Position numbers and translations under genes: made by a program. The notes under the pieces are model-generated. The model was given only the letters and a program-made list of their open reading frames with translations, searched no databases and was not told where the DNA came from. Source: an uncultured Gammaproteobacteria bacterium (lineage in GTDB: Bacteria; Patescibacteriota; Patescibacteriia; 2-01-FULL-39-33). From it: a stretch of DNA of 45,321 bases. This document shows, in pieces, positions 1-9,162 of the stretch. Location of the stretch: NCBI GenBank assembly GCA_964512625.1, contig CAZEKG010000005.1, positions 1 through 45,321 of the forward strand. The letters run 5' to 3'. Each line of letters begins with the position of its first letter. Position 1 is the stretch's first letter.

Positions 1-34
1 TAGCTTTTTCTTTGTTAAAAAAGAAAAAGTAAAG

Positions 35-1162
35 TTATTTTCCAACAAAAACCGTCCCCTCCTTCCCCTTCCGGCTTAAATCGCAAACTTGCTTAACCAT
101 CTCCTTAGTAATATCCCGGCCGCCAAGCCCCATGATCGCGCCTAAAATCTTAGCTTTTGATTTTCCATAAAGCGCCCTCTTTATTTCTCCAGCTAAAATC
201 CCCTCTTCTCCAAGCGACAAAGACTTATCAATGACAATGATATTTTTCTTATCGGCAATCAGCTTAATAATCTCCTCATCCGGAAAAGGCCTGAAAGAAG
301 TTATCTTTAAAACGCCGACCGCGCCTTTCATCTCGTCTACTGCTTCTTTAATCGTCCCTAAAACGGAACCCATAGCGACAATAACCGTCCCCGCCTTCTT
401 ATCGCCGTAATAATCAACTAAAGATAATCTTCGTCCGAAAATCTTTTTGAATTCTTTCATTTCTAAATCAATAATCTTCTTACTGGCAAGTAAATCCTCA
501 TGAAGCTCTTGGCGGATTTCGAAGTAATGAGCCGGCGTCGCGAAGGCTCCGAAGGTCAAGGGCTTCTTAACATCAAGTTTTGCCTCCGGCTTATAATCAG
601 GCAAGTATTTTTTTATTTCCGAGGCTTCAGGAACATTGACCGGTTCGACTACATGAGTTAAGACGAAGCCGTCAAGATTGACCATAGCCGGAATTAAAAC
701 CTGTTCCGCGACTTTGTAAGCTAAGACATGAAGATCGCAAACTTCTTGGTTATCTTCGCCGAAGAGTTGAATCCAACCGGCGTCGCGAACCGTCATCACA
801 TCCTGTTGATCATTCCAAATATTAATCGGCGCCGAAACAGCGCGGTTAGCATCAGTTACAACTATCGGTAAGCGCATGCCAGCGATATTGAATAAAACTT
901 CAGTCATAAGCAACAAACCCTGCGAAGAGGTAGCGGTATAAACCCTTAGTCCCATAGCTGCCGCGCCCTCAACGATCGAAGCCGCGCCGAATTCGCTCTC
1001 GGCAAGCACATATTCAAAATCGGCTTCGCCATCAGCTTTCATTTTCGCCAATTCCTCGACGATATGGGTTTGGGGCGTTATCGGATAAGCGGAAATAACC
1101 GCCGGCCGAATCGCTTTTATCGTCTCGGCAATAGCGCGAGACCCTTCGAGTATTTTTAACAT
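35..1162 (-). CDS. porA: pyruvate/2-oxoacid:ferredoxin oxidoreductase, alpha subunit
   Basis: The long ORF has alpha-subunit hallmarks (YPITPQT, RVYTATSSQGL). It follows porG and porD in the usual gamma-delta-alpha order. Start set at ATG 1162 (MLKILEGS...) because the 14 upstream codons of the 35..1204 ORF lie inside an AT-rich inverted-repeat element. Confidence 0.85.
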   Translation of the reverse strand: MLKILEGSRAIAETIKAIRPAVISAYPITPQTHIVEELAKMKADGEADFEYVLAESEFGAASIVEGAAAMGLRVYTATSSQGLLLMTEVLFNIAGMRLPIVVTDANRAVSAPINIWNDQQDVMTVRDAGWIQLFGEDNQEVCDLHVLAYKVAEQVLIPAMVNLDGFVLTHVVEPVNVPEASEIKKYLPDYKPEAKLDVKKPLTFGAFATPAHYFEIRQELHEDLLASKKIIDLEMKEFKKIFGRRLSLVDYYGDKKAGTVIVAMGSVLGTIKEAVDEMKGAVGVLKITSFRPFPDEEIIKLIADKKNIIVIDKSLSLGEEGILAGEIKRALYGKSKAKILGAIMGLGGRDITKEMVKQVCDLSRKGKEGTVFVGK

Positions 1163-1188
1163 AAATAGATAATTAATTTTCAATTTAT

Positions 1189-1367
1189 AATTTTCAATTT
1201 TCAAACAATTTCACAATTAAATAATTTTAAAAACAATTCTGAATTAAAGGACTTATTAATTAAGACGACGGACTGATATTTCCACGGGATCCCCACGGTC
1301 GCTGCGCTCCCTCGGGATGACAGCAGTATAAAATTAATCATTGTTTTGAAATTGAAAATTGAAAATT
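1189..1367. repeat. MITE-like element: perfect 16-bp terminal inverted repeats around a GC-rich core
   Basis: AATTTTCAATTTTCAA at 1189-1204 is the exact reverse complement of TTGAAAATTGAAAATT at 1352-1367. The core (~1262-1325) is locally GC-rich, with GGGATCCC and TCCCTCGGGA palindromes. The element fills almost the whole porD-porA intergenic gap. Confidence 0.5.
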
Positions 1368-1374
1368 CCAAAAT

Positions 1375-1650
1375 TTATTTTTTCTCTTCCCTCATCGTAA
1401 TCGCCTTAACCGGACACTCCCCGGCGCAAATCCCGCAACCCTTGCAATAATCAAGATCAGCCTCATAAAAAACTTTCCCCTTGCTATTCTTTTCGCCGGT
1501 TGAAAAACAAATTCCTTCCGGACAGACCCTCTCGCAAGTCGCGCAACCGATGCATTTTTCATGATCGATTTCCGGATAATGCTGTTCTCGCCAATTGCCG
1601 GTTTTTATAAAGCTAGTCGTTCCCGGCTTGACTGTTAAAATATTTTTCAT
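1375..1650 (-). CDS. porD: pyruvate:ferredoxin oxidoreductase delta subunit (2x[4Fe-4S] ferredoxin)
   Basis: 91 aa with two CxxCxxCxxxCP clusters (CIGCATCERVCP, CKGCGICAGECP). Sits between the gamma and alpha subunit genes. Confidence 0.85.
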   Translation of the reverse strand: MKNILTVKPGTTSFIKTGNWREQHYPEIDHEKCIGCATCERVCPEGICFSTGEKNSKGKVFYEADLDYCKGCGICAGECPVKAITMREEKK

Positions 1651-1657
1651 TTAATGA

Positions 1658-2200
1658 CTAATTATTACTAATAACCTCATACCCTCTTCTCGCCGCCAAG
1701 ACATTTTTCTCGCCCATCTCTCCGGCGAATCTTTCCTTGATAGCTCGATCAACTCCCGAAAGGCTGAATAATCCTGAAATCGAAGCAAAAGCCCCAAGCA
1801 AAATAGTATTAATGATCGGCTTACCAAGAACTTCAAGAGCAATGCCCGAAGCGTTAAGATGTTTTAAGATAACCCCTTTAGGCGCGACTAAGCCCTCTAA
1901 AGGCTTGGAAGTATTGATCAAAACAACCGCGCCTTTCTTTAAATCACCCAAAATATTCTTATCGCTTAAAAGCGTCGCGTCCTGAACGATGACATAATCA
2001 GGCGAATAGACCTGGCTCCTTAATCTTATGAATTTATCATCTATCCGGACATAAGCCGTAACGGGCGCGCCTCTCCGCTCTACGCCGAAGTTAGGAAAAG
2101 CCTGAGAAAATTTCCCATCATAAAAAACAGCTGAAGCGACTAACTCCGCCATAGTTACTGACCCCTGGCCTCCTCGGCCATGTATTCTTATCTCTACCAT
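1658..2200 (-). CDS. porG: pyruvate:ferredoxin oxidoreductase gamma subunit
   Basis: 180 aa starting MVEIRIHGRGGQG, the typical gamma-subunit N-terminus. First gene of the por cluster. Confidence 0.85.
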   Translation of the reverse strand: MVEIRIHGRGGQGSVTMAELVASAVFYDGKFSQAFPNFGVERRGAPVTAYVRIDDKFIRLRSQVYSPDYVIVQDATLLSDKNILGDLKKGAVVLINTSKPLEGLVAPKGVILKHLNASGIALEVLGKPIINTILLGAFASISGLFSLSGVDRAIKERFAGEMGEKNVLAARRGYEVISNN

Positions 2201-2312
2201 AAAATAAATCGATTAAATTATAAATCCCGAATCACAATTCACAAACTAATTAAAGTTACTTTTTACTTTTATTTCTTAATTTTTTTGTTATTTGAAATTT
2301 GAGATTTGGGAT

Positions 2313-3140
2313 TTAAAGCTGTTTATTCATTTCTTTAAACTTATCAATCAATTGCTGCCAGGCTTCCTTAGTAACCGGCCCTTCTAATTTATTACCGTTA
2401 ATAAAGAAAGTCGGCGTCCCCCTCACTCCAAGGTCAATCGCATCCTTAAGGTCTTCCGAGATCATCTTAGTATATTTCTCATCCGCCACGCATTTATTGA
2501 ACTGATCCATATCGACTCCCGACTGAATAATAATATTGTTCAGCTGATCAGCGTCCTGGATTTTCCCTTGATTTAAAAATAATTTGTCATGAAGATTCCA
2601 AAACTTGCCCTGACTATTAGCGCAAAGAGAAGCTTTAGCTAGTCCAGGAGAATTTTGACTAATAACCGGATATTGGCGATAAATGAAAAAAACATCCTCC
2701 TTATTGTTGTTTATCGCCTCTCTAATCTCGGGAAATTCCTGAATACAATGAGGACATTCAAAATCTTCAAACTCAACAGTTACTAACTTAGCCTTATGAT
2801 TGCCGAAACTCGGACGATCCGTCTTCTCGGCGATTTTACGAGCCGCGGAATTCTCTCCCAGTTGCAATTGCGTCTTATCTATTCCGACAACCATATTCTC
2901 CCTCATCTTATTAGCGCCGTAAAAAACTAAAATGATCACTACAATAAGTAGAACTAAAATAAAGAGAATTCCGGCAATAATAATCTTGCCCCAACCTCTT
3001 TGATACCATCGCTTAATAACAGGCGCAGGTTCAAATCGCGGATCCTGATTAAAATCGCTTATTCGAGAGGATTCGGCTATTTCCTTATTTCCGGCCTCAA
3101 TGCCGTTAATTTGATTAGATGATTGATCCATGACTTTCAA
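2313..3140 (-). CDS. membrane-anchored DsbA-like thiol:disulfide oxidoreductase
   Basis: N-terminal TM segment (IIIAGILFILVLLIVVIILVF). Thioredoxin-fold CPHC active site (FECPHC) and C-terminal GTPTFFING motif typical of the DsbA family. Confidence 0.8.
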   Translation of the reverse strand: MKVMDQSSNQINGIEAGNKEIAESSRISDFNQDPRFEPAPVIKRWYQRGWGKIIIAGILFILVLLIVVIILVFYGANKMRENMVVGIDKTQLQLGENSAARKIAEKTDRPSFGNHKAKLVTVEFEDFECPHCIQEFPEIREAINNNKEDVFFIYRQYPVISQNSPGLAKASLCANSQGKFWNLHDKLFLNQGKIQDADQLNNIIIQSGVDMDQFNKCVADEKYTKMISEDLKDAIDLGVRGTPTFFINGNKLEGPVTKEAWQQLIDKFKEMNKQL

Positions 3141-3214
3141 TTACTATGACAAACTTATTATAGCACATGGCTTCGTAAAATCAGAAATGAAAACAGCTCG
3201 ATTTTATGGGCTTA

Positions 3215-3243
3215 TTGACATCACTGCCTATTTATGATAATAT
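3215..3243 (+). promoter_or_regulatory. sigma70-type promoter with extended -10 upstream of secG
   Basis: TTGACA (3215-3220), 17-nt spacer ending in TGA, then TAATAT (3238-3243). Lies 45 nt upstream of the secG ATG. Confidence 0.6.
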
Positions 3244-3287
3244 ATGACCATAACATCTTTTAAAGATCAAGAAAGTAAATACCTGTT

Positions 3288-3497
3288 ATGGCAATCGATA
3301 TTATCCAAATTATTTCAGCAATCATCCTTATAACCGCTATTCTGATGCAAAATCGGGGATCCGGCCTAGGCGCGGCTTTCGGCGGAGAAGGCAATGTTTA
3401 TAGGACAAAAAGAGGCTTTGAAAAAATACTTTTCAAAATCACTATAGTTGTCGCAGTCATCTTTTTTGCGACTGCCTTTATCAATGTTTTATTCTAA
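3288..3497 (+). CDS. secG: preprotein translocase subunit SecG
   Basis: 69 aa with two TM helices and the glycine-rich loop QNRGSGLGAAFGG characteristic of SecG. Confidence 0.8.
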   Translation: MAIDIIQIISAIILITAILMQNRGSGLGAAFGGEGNVYRTKRGFEKILFKITIVVAVIFFATAFINVLF

Positions 3498-3558
3498 AAA
3501 CATTCGATTAACTTCTTGACAGGCGAATTGTCGCCCCTCAAACACTTAACTTAAAAAA

Positions 3559-5385
3559 GTGAGATTATTATCTTCGTTGACAAAAAGAGTAACTGATTCT
3601 TTTTCGCATACGGCCAAAAAATTAAAGAAATTGGAAAAACAACACCATTTTGATAAATTATTGGTAAGTTCTTTGAATAAATCAAAGATCCCTAAGTGGT
3701 CTCAATTGAAGCATTTCAGCCGTATCTTATCAAAAAAAGAAAGAATCCTCTTTAATTCCATCCTAAGCATCGTAGGTTTCTGCTTTCTATTGGTTATTTT
3801 CGGAGTCTATCAGCTCAATACTATCTCGACGCCCATTATCGGAGGCGATTATACCGAGGGCTTGATCGGCTCACCAAAACTGATTAATCCTGTTTTAGCT
3901 CAAACTGAAAGCGACCTTGATATTTCTCGCTTAGTCTTTTCCGGCCTTTTAAAATATGATAAGAATCATCAATTGATACCCGATTTAGCGGAAAGTTATG
4001 AAGTTTCCGAAGACGGCTTAGTCTATACCTTTCATTTAAGAAAGGGAGTTAAATGGCAAGACGGCGAACCTTTTAAAGCGGATGATATCATCTTCACTAT
4101 CTCGGCCATTCAAAACCCGGAATTCCGCAGCCCGCTTTCAAGAAGTTTCCGTGGCGTCGAGGCTAATAAAATAGATGATTATACCGTTACCCTAACGCTT
4201 AAGGAGTCTTTCGCGCCTTTCTTAAGCTTAATGAACTTCGGTATCTTACCGGAACATCTTTGGTACAGTATCGCCCCGGCCAATTCGGATTTAACCGAGC
4301 TTAATAAAAAACCGATCGGTACCGGCGCCTGGTCTTTTGAGGGCTTTACCAAAGATAAATCGGGAATCATAAAATCATATACCTTAATCCCCAATAAAGA
4401 TTATTACGGCGAAAAGCCGAAATTGAAAAAAATCATCTTTAAGTTTTACGGCGATTTCATTTCTGCTATTGAAGCCTTAAAAAGCAAGAATGTCGACGGT
4501 CTCGCCTACTTGCCAAAAGAATTCAGGAACGAGCTTAAAAAATATAAGAATCTTAATTACAACCAGCTTAGTCAACCGCAATATACGGCCGTATTTTTCA
4601 ATTTGAAAGGCTCTTCCCTCTTAAGCAGCGACTATATCCGCCAAGCTTTAGCCTTAGCAACCGATAAGAATAAGATAGTAACTAGAGTCTTAAACGGAGA
4701 AGCTGATACAATTGAAAGCCCGGTCTTGCCCGGAGTTCAGGAAATCGACGCGCCGAAGTACGCCTATAACCCCCAAAGCGCCGCTCAACTACTCGAAGAT
4801 AACGGCTGGAAATTAATTTCTACCTCAACCGGCGACGGCTTAACCGAACAAGTCAGGAGCAAGAAAGGACAGCTACTCCAAATAACCTTGACTGTCGTTA
4901 ATCAACAGCAAACAATCGAAACCGCCCAACTAATTAAAGAATCTTGGGATCAAATCGGCATCAAAACGATAATAAGCGTCGTAGAAAAGGAAAAGATTTT
5001 TCAAGATGTTATTAATCCGAGGAAATATGAAGCTTTGATTTTCAGCGAAAACCTAGGGTCTGATCCTGATCCTTTCGCTTTTTGGCATTCTTCCCAAGCC
5101 GACTATCCCGGCCTCAACCTTTCCGGTTACAATAATAAGAAAGCGGATCAAATATTAGAAAGCGCAAGAAAGATAAATGACTGGTCGGCCAGACAAGGAA
5201 ACTACCTGGAATTAAAAAACATCCTCGCTAAAGATTTACCGGCCATCTTCCTTTACAATCTTAACTATGTCTATCCCCAAGATAAAAAAATCAAGGGTTT
5301 CTCGGTGAGCTATATTTCCGCTCCCAACGATCGCTTTTCCAATATCAGCGATTGGTACATAAAGACTAAAAGAATTTGGAAATAA
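3559..5385 (+). CDS. ABC transporter substrate-binding protein, family 5 (peptide/nickel type), membrane anchored
   Basis: 608 aa with an N-terminal TM anchor. Region LLKYDKNHQLIPDLAESYEVSEDGLVYTFHLRKGVKWQDGEPF matches the SBP_bac_5 pattern. GTG start. No permease or ATPase genes are adjacent. Confidence 0.75.
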   Translation: MRLLSSLTKRVTDSFSHTAKKLKKLEKQHHFDKLLVSSLNKSKIPKWSQLKHFSRILSKKERILFNSILSIVGFCFLLVIFGVYQLNTISTPIIGGDYTEGLIGSPKLINPVLAQTESDLDISRLVFSGLLKYDKNHQLIPDLAESYEVSEDGLVYTFHLRKGVKWQDGEPFKADDIIFTISAIQNPEFRSPLSRSFRGVEANKIDDYTVTLTLKESFAPFLSLMNFGILPEHLWYSIAPANSDLTELNKKPIGTGAWSFEGFTKDKSGIIKSYTLIPNKDYYGEKPKLKKIIFKFYGDFISAIEALKSKNVDGLAYLPKEFRNELKKYKNLNYNQLSQPQYTAVFFNLKGSSLLSSDYIRQALALATDKNKIVTRVLNGEADTIESPVLPGVQEIDAPKYAYNPQSAAQLLEDNGWKLISTSTGDGLTEQVRSKKGQLLQITLTVVNQQQTIETAQLIKESWDQIGIKTIISVVEKEKIFQDVINPRKYEALIFSENLGSDPDPFAFWHSSQADYPGLNLSGYNNKKADQILESARKINDWSARQGNYLELKNILAKDLPAIFLYNLNYVYPQDKKIKGFSVSYISAPNDRFSNISDWYIKTKRIWK

Positions 5386-5404
5386 AAAAACCTAATAGTA
5401 TCGC

Positions 5405-5488
5405 GGACGAGTGGTGAAATTGGTAGACACGCTAGCTTCAGGTGCTAGTTCTTGCAAAAGAGTGGAGGTTCAAGTCCTCTCTCGTCCA
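5405..5488 (+). tRNA. tRNA-Leu (anticodon CAG)
   Basis: 84-nt cloverleaf read by eye. Acceptor GGACGAG/CTCGTCC; anticodon stem CTAGC/GCTAG with loop TTCAGGT. Long variable arm (type II tRNA). T arm GGAGG-TTCAAGT-CCTCT. No encoded CCA. Confidence 0.85.
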
Positions 5489-5707
5489 TAAAAATAAGCG
5501 AATTATTTTTTTGATTTCCTGCTTAATCGAAAAATCGCTTAGTCGGAATCTCCGACAACGCATTTAATCAAACGACAAAGACGCAAATCAAAGTTAAGCC
5601 AGGATTTGCGGCTCGAAAAATGAACAAATGCTCTTGCCTTTAAAAAGGCAAACTCTTTATTAATCAACCGGCAAAAGCCGGTACCGTTCGCACGATCGGT
5701 ATTAAAA

Positions 5708-7714
5708 ATGAAAAAAATGGAACAAAGTAAAAACGGGCCGAATAATAATTTCCATCGGCCAAGAAAGTTTGCGCCTATGCGCAAGCCAAGAGATTATAAA
5801 AAAGAACCACCTAAGAAGGGAAATAATCTATTGATTGATCCCCTGCTTGGGCTGACAGATGATTTCGCCAGCCTGCATCAAGCTAATCGGCCGAAGATCC
5901 AACCTAAAAAAGAAATAAGAAGCAATTCTAGAACTAATTACCATCAGCCAAGAAAGGCTAACTTACCGAAAGATCAGCCGCTTAGGAAAGTCTTGCCTCA
6001 CAAAAACAGCCAACCCAACCAAAACCAAGCCATGCCTTTCGTAACTTCGAAAGAAATTCTTAAGGTCATTCCTATCGGCGGCTGTGAGGAAGTCGGACGT
6101 AATATGACGATTTTCGAATATGGCAATGACATCGTCATCTTAGACATGGGTATCCAATTCCCGGAAGAAGACATGCCGGGCATCGATTACATCATCCCTA
6201 ACGCCGACTATTTAAAAGGCAAAGAAAAAAATATCCGCGCCGTTATCTTCTCGCACGGACATCTAGACCATATCGGAGCAGCGCCGATCCTTCTAGAAAA
6301 ATTAGGCTATCCGCCGGTTGTCGGCCGCGACCTGACGCTCGCCATGATCCGCCATCGCTTAGAAGACTATCAAAAAGACAGCTCAAAGAAGTTAAAAGCC
6401 ATAACCGTTAAAAGCCTTAACGATAAGATTAAGTTGGGCATTTTCCAAACCTCCTTCTTCCAAATCGATCACTCGATCATGGACGCCGTCGGCGTAATCC
6501 TTCAAACACCGGCCGCTACTGTTCTTCACCCAGGCGATTGGACTTTAGAAAAAGATTTGAAAGGCAATCCTATCTTAGATTACTCTTTCTTAGCTAAGCT
6601 GCCTCGCCCGACTATTTTAATGCTTGAGAGCTTAGGCGCTATAGATGTAAGAACCAGTTCTTCTAGCGATGATATGAAAAAAAATATCACTAAGCTAATA
6701 ACCGAAGCTCCCGGCCGGACTATTATCGGCACTTTCTCTTCCCAAATAGAAAGAATCAGTTGGATCTTGAGCGAAGCCGCAAAAATCGGAAAAAAAGTGG
6801 CGCTTGACGGCTACAGCATGAAAATAAATGTAGAGATCGCCCAAAAATTAGGCTATATCAAAGTACCGAAAAATTTAATCATCAAAATCGACAAAGTCGA
6901 GGAAGTTCCGGACAACAAGTTGATTGTCCTTTGTACCGGAGCCCAGGGCGAAGGCAATGCCGTCCTTTCAAGAATCATCGACGGCTCCCATAGATATATC
7001 AAGCTGAAAAAAAGCGATACTGTCATCCTTTCTTCCTCGATAATTCCCGGCAATGAAAGGACTATCCAAAGACTAAAAGATAACCTTTACCGTCAATGCG
7101 ATAATGTCATCCATGGTAACATCATGGATATCCATACTAGCGGCCATGGCAACCGGGAAGATATTATTTATATGCTTAAGCAAATCCAACCGGATTATTT
7201 CATTCCGATTTACGCCAACCACTATATGCTTAAGGAAGCTTCGAAGCTAGCCGCTAATGTCGGCTTTAGGCCAGAAAGGATAATCGTTCCCGATAACGGC
7301 AACATCATTGAATTCTCAAAAACAGATTTCAAAGTTTCAGACAAGAAGGCGCCTTCTGATTATATCTTTGTTGATGGTTTGGGGATAACCGACAGTAACA
7401 GCGTCGTGCTTCGCGATCGTAAAATGATGGCCGAAGACGGCATGCTCGTCATTATCGCGACTGTCGACGCTCATACCGGAAACTTAATCCATAATCCCGA
7501 TATCATCTCTAGGGGCTTCGTCTATCTTAAAGAAAATAAGAAGCTTATCGAAATGACTCGCCAAAAAATCAAGAAGATATTGAAGGACGAAAATCCGCAA
7601 ACCGCGCCGGATGATCAATACCTGAAAGAAAAGCTTAGGAATGAGATCGGTAAATTCCTTTATCAAAAAACTGAGAAACGTCCGATGATCCTTCCGGTCA
7701 TCATCGAGGTTTAA
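5708..7714 (+). CDS. rnj: ribonuclease J (metallo-beta-lactamase / beta-CASP) with basic N-terminal extension
   Basis: HGHLDHIGA metal-binding motif and beta-CASP region. ~110-aa lysine/proline-rich N-terminal extension. 668 aa. Confidence 0.85.
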   Translation: MKKMEQSKNGPNNNFHRPRKFAPMRKPRDYKKEPPKKGNNLLIDPLLGLTDDFASLHQANRPKIQPKKEIRSNSRTNYHQPRKANLPKDQPLRKVLPHKNSQPNQNQAMPFVTSKEILKVIPIGGCEEVGRNMTIFEYGNDIVILDMGIQFPEEDMPGIDYIIPNADYLKGKEKNIRAVIFSHGHLDHIGAAPILLEKLGYPPVVGRDLTLAMIRHRLEDYQKDSSKKLKAITVKSLNDKIKLGIFQTSFFQIDHSIMDAVGVILQTPAATVLHPGDWTLEKDLKGNPILDYSFLAKLPRPTILMLESLGAIDVRTSSSSDDMKKNITKLITEAPGRTIIGTFSSQIERISWILSEAAKIGKKVALDGYSMKINVEIAQKLGYIKVPKNLIIKIDKVEEVPDNKLIVLCTGAQGEGNAVLSRIIDGSHRYIKLKKSDTVILSSSIIPGNERTIQRLKDNLYRQCDNVIHGNIMDIHTSGHGNREDIIYMLKQIQPDYFIPIYANHYMLKEASKLAANVGFRPERIIVPDNGNIIEFSKTDFKVSDKKAPSDYIFVDGLGITDSNSVVLRDRKMMAEDGMLVIIATVDAHTGNLIHNPDIISRGFVYLKENKKLIEMTRQKIKKILKDENPQTAPDDQYLKEKLRNEIGKFLYQKTEKRPMILPVIIEV

Positions 7715-7715
7715 A

Positions 7716-7754
7716 AAAACAAAAAGCTCGGATATTTCCGAGCTTTTTGTTTTT
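7716..7754. terminator. bidirectional intrinsic terminator between convergent rnj and speH-like genes
   Basis: AAAAAGCTCGGA-TATT-TCCGAGCTTTTT: a 12-bp stem flanked by an A-run and a T-run. Confidence 0.75.
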
Positions 7755-7760
7755 AGATAA

Positions 7761-8150
7761 TTAATATCTAAGTAGTACTTTGACTCTAAACTTCTTACCT
7801 TTGAAATATTTCCTGGCGAATTCAGCCGCTTCCCACGGATTGAAAAATTTGCAGCTGAAAATGTCGAAAAAGGCCCTATCTCCCGTTTTATCGTCAAAAT
7901 GAATGGCAATGGAAGAGGTTTCGATGAATTGTAAAACCGAATAACCTTCCAAAGAATCGTCACCGAACTTTTTTAAGTACATCGGCCCGTAAGTCTTCAT
8001 GCCGATATGCTTAACTAAGGATGCCACAAAAGCCTTGATGGCTTTTGGCGACTGGATTAGTTCATGGTCGCATCCAGACAAGTCTATACTTGCTGTCAGT
8101 CCCCACGCGTTTCGCTTTTTATAAAGCTCACGTAAGGTAGAAATGTTCAT
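7761..8150 (-). CDS. S-adenosylmethionine decarboxylase-related (pyruvoyl, SpeH-like) protein
   Basis: 129 aa. IETSSIAIHF...FFDIFSC parallels the SpeH ESH(L/I)xIHTW...DxFTC processing and active-site pattern, as recalled from Thermotoga SpeH. Confidence 0.55.
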   Translation of the reverse strand: MNISTLRELYKKRNAWGLTASIDLSGCDHELIQSPKAIKAFVASLVKHIGMKTYGPMYLKKFGDDSLEGYSVLQFIETSSIAIHFDDKTGDRAFFDIFSCKFFNPWEAAEFARKYFKGKKFRVKVLLRY

Positions 8151-8304
8151 TTCTTTTAACGGTACTTTTATTTTTTAGCTCCTCGCCCGATTGCCTCTTT
8201 AAGGGAGATGGCCGAATAACGAGAATCTAGTTCATTGTAATAATTATTTCAGCCTTTGTCAACAGTTTTTAAAGTTGGCTTAATCTTCTTAGGACGATTA
8301 GATT

Positions 8305-8343
8305 TAAAAAACCGCTTAATAGCCCTAAGGATGTTAAGCGGTT
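8305..8343 (-). terminator. intrinsic terminator downstream of the 8349-8783 gene
   Basis: On the minus strand, AACCGCTTAA-N14-TTAAGCGGTT is followed by TTTTTAAA. Confidence 0.6.
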
Positions 8344-8348
8344 GGTTG

Positions 8349-8783
8349 TTAACCGTAGCTAAGAGAAGGAAAAGACCGGCGACCATTCCGGTAACGACTC
8401 ATCGCCAAGCGTTCTTGAGCATCGCGCTTCTTGCGCAAAGCGATCGCCTTTCTCCGCGCCTCACAAATAGCACGGCAATCCTTCTTCGAAACCTTCGGCC
8501 CGCCCGGCTCGCCGATTTGATCAGAAACTCGCGGGATATAAGGCTTTATCGGGGTCTCTAGAGAAACCTTAGCGACCTCGATCGTAACGAGATCAAAAAA
8601 AGATTTCAATGCTTCAAAGCCGTAAGCCCTCCAATACCCCTCTTTCAATTCCGCCAAGATAGTAATATTGCTTTCACACATCTGATGATAACGGCGAAAC
8701 ATTTCGGAGCGAATCCTTGATTCCAAAGCCTCCCTGTTTTCTTCCCTCGACAAGACTGCAGTCGTGGCTTCGAGAGTTGACAT
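8349..8783 (-). CDS. hypothetical protein (144 aa), GC-elevated, SD-led
   Basis: ORF with GGAGGGGAG located ~8 nt upstream of ATG 8783 (MSTLEATT...). The 3' half is ~60% GC on sampled lines. No family recognised. Confidence 0.5.
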   Translation of the reverse strand: MSTLEATTAVLSREENREALESRIRSEMFRRYHQMCESNITILAELKEGYWRAYGFEALKSFFDLVTIEVAKVSLETPIKPYIPRVSDQIGEPGGPKVSKKDCRAICEARRKAIALRKKRDAQERLAMSRYRNGRRSFPSLSYG

Positions 8784-8812
8784 AGGACTAATCTCCCCTC
8801 CGGTTAACATAA

Positions 8813-8837
8813 GAACCAAGCCACAATAGCTTGGTTC
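8813..8837 (-). terminator. hairpin (9-bp stem) between the DUF5661-like gene and the 8349-8783 gene
   Basis: GAACCAAGC-N7-GCTTGGTTC, followed on the minus strand by TTATGTT. Confidence 0.4.
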
Positions 8838-8894
8838 TAATAGGTAAAATGTACTTGACTTTATTATATAATTTTAAATAAAAAAACGTCAAGA

Positions 8895-9161
8895 TTAATC
8901 TTTTTTCCAAACAGCTTCCGCTTCTTTTTCCATTTTCTCCAATCGATCATAGTAATCAGGGAACTCATTTAAATGAGCTAAAGCGATTTTCCCGGTCATT
9001 AGCGGATCGTCATCCGTGACATTGGTCGCGCTATCAACTTTTCCATGCTCCAACTCGACATCCATACCGCGCCGGAATTGATCGATATCAAACTTGCTCC
9101 AATCAAGACCTAATTGTTCGCCGATCTTTTTCGCTTCTTCGGCGGTAAATTTATCAGCCAT
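8895..9161 (-). CDS. small conserved protein (DUF5661-like, from memory)
   Basis: 88 aa. The motifs GMDVELEHG and KIALAHLNEFPDYYDRLEKME resemble a small family I recall as DUF5661. Confidence 0.5.
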   Translation of the reverse strand: MADKFTAEEAKKIGEQLGLDWSKFDIDQFRRGMDVELEHGKVDSATNVTDDDPLMTGKIALAHLNEFPDYYDRLEKMEKEAEAVWKKD

Positions 9162-9162
9162 T

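Noticed and set aside
1340-1372. Short tandem GAAAATT/TGAAAAT repeats, checked as a possible CRISPR or other array
   Set aside because: There are only about three 7-nt units with no spacers. They are part of the terminal inverted repeat of the MITE-like element. No CRISPR-like repeat-spacer structure was seen anywhere in the window.
7484-7963. 159-aa minus-strand ORF spanning the rnj 3' end, the terminator and the speH-like gene
   Set aside because: It overlaps two well-supported genes and a bidirectional terminator. It is a low-complexity, AT-driven frame with no recognisable domain.
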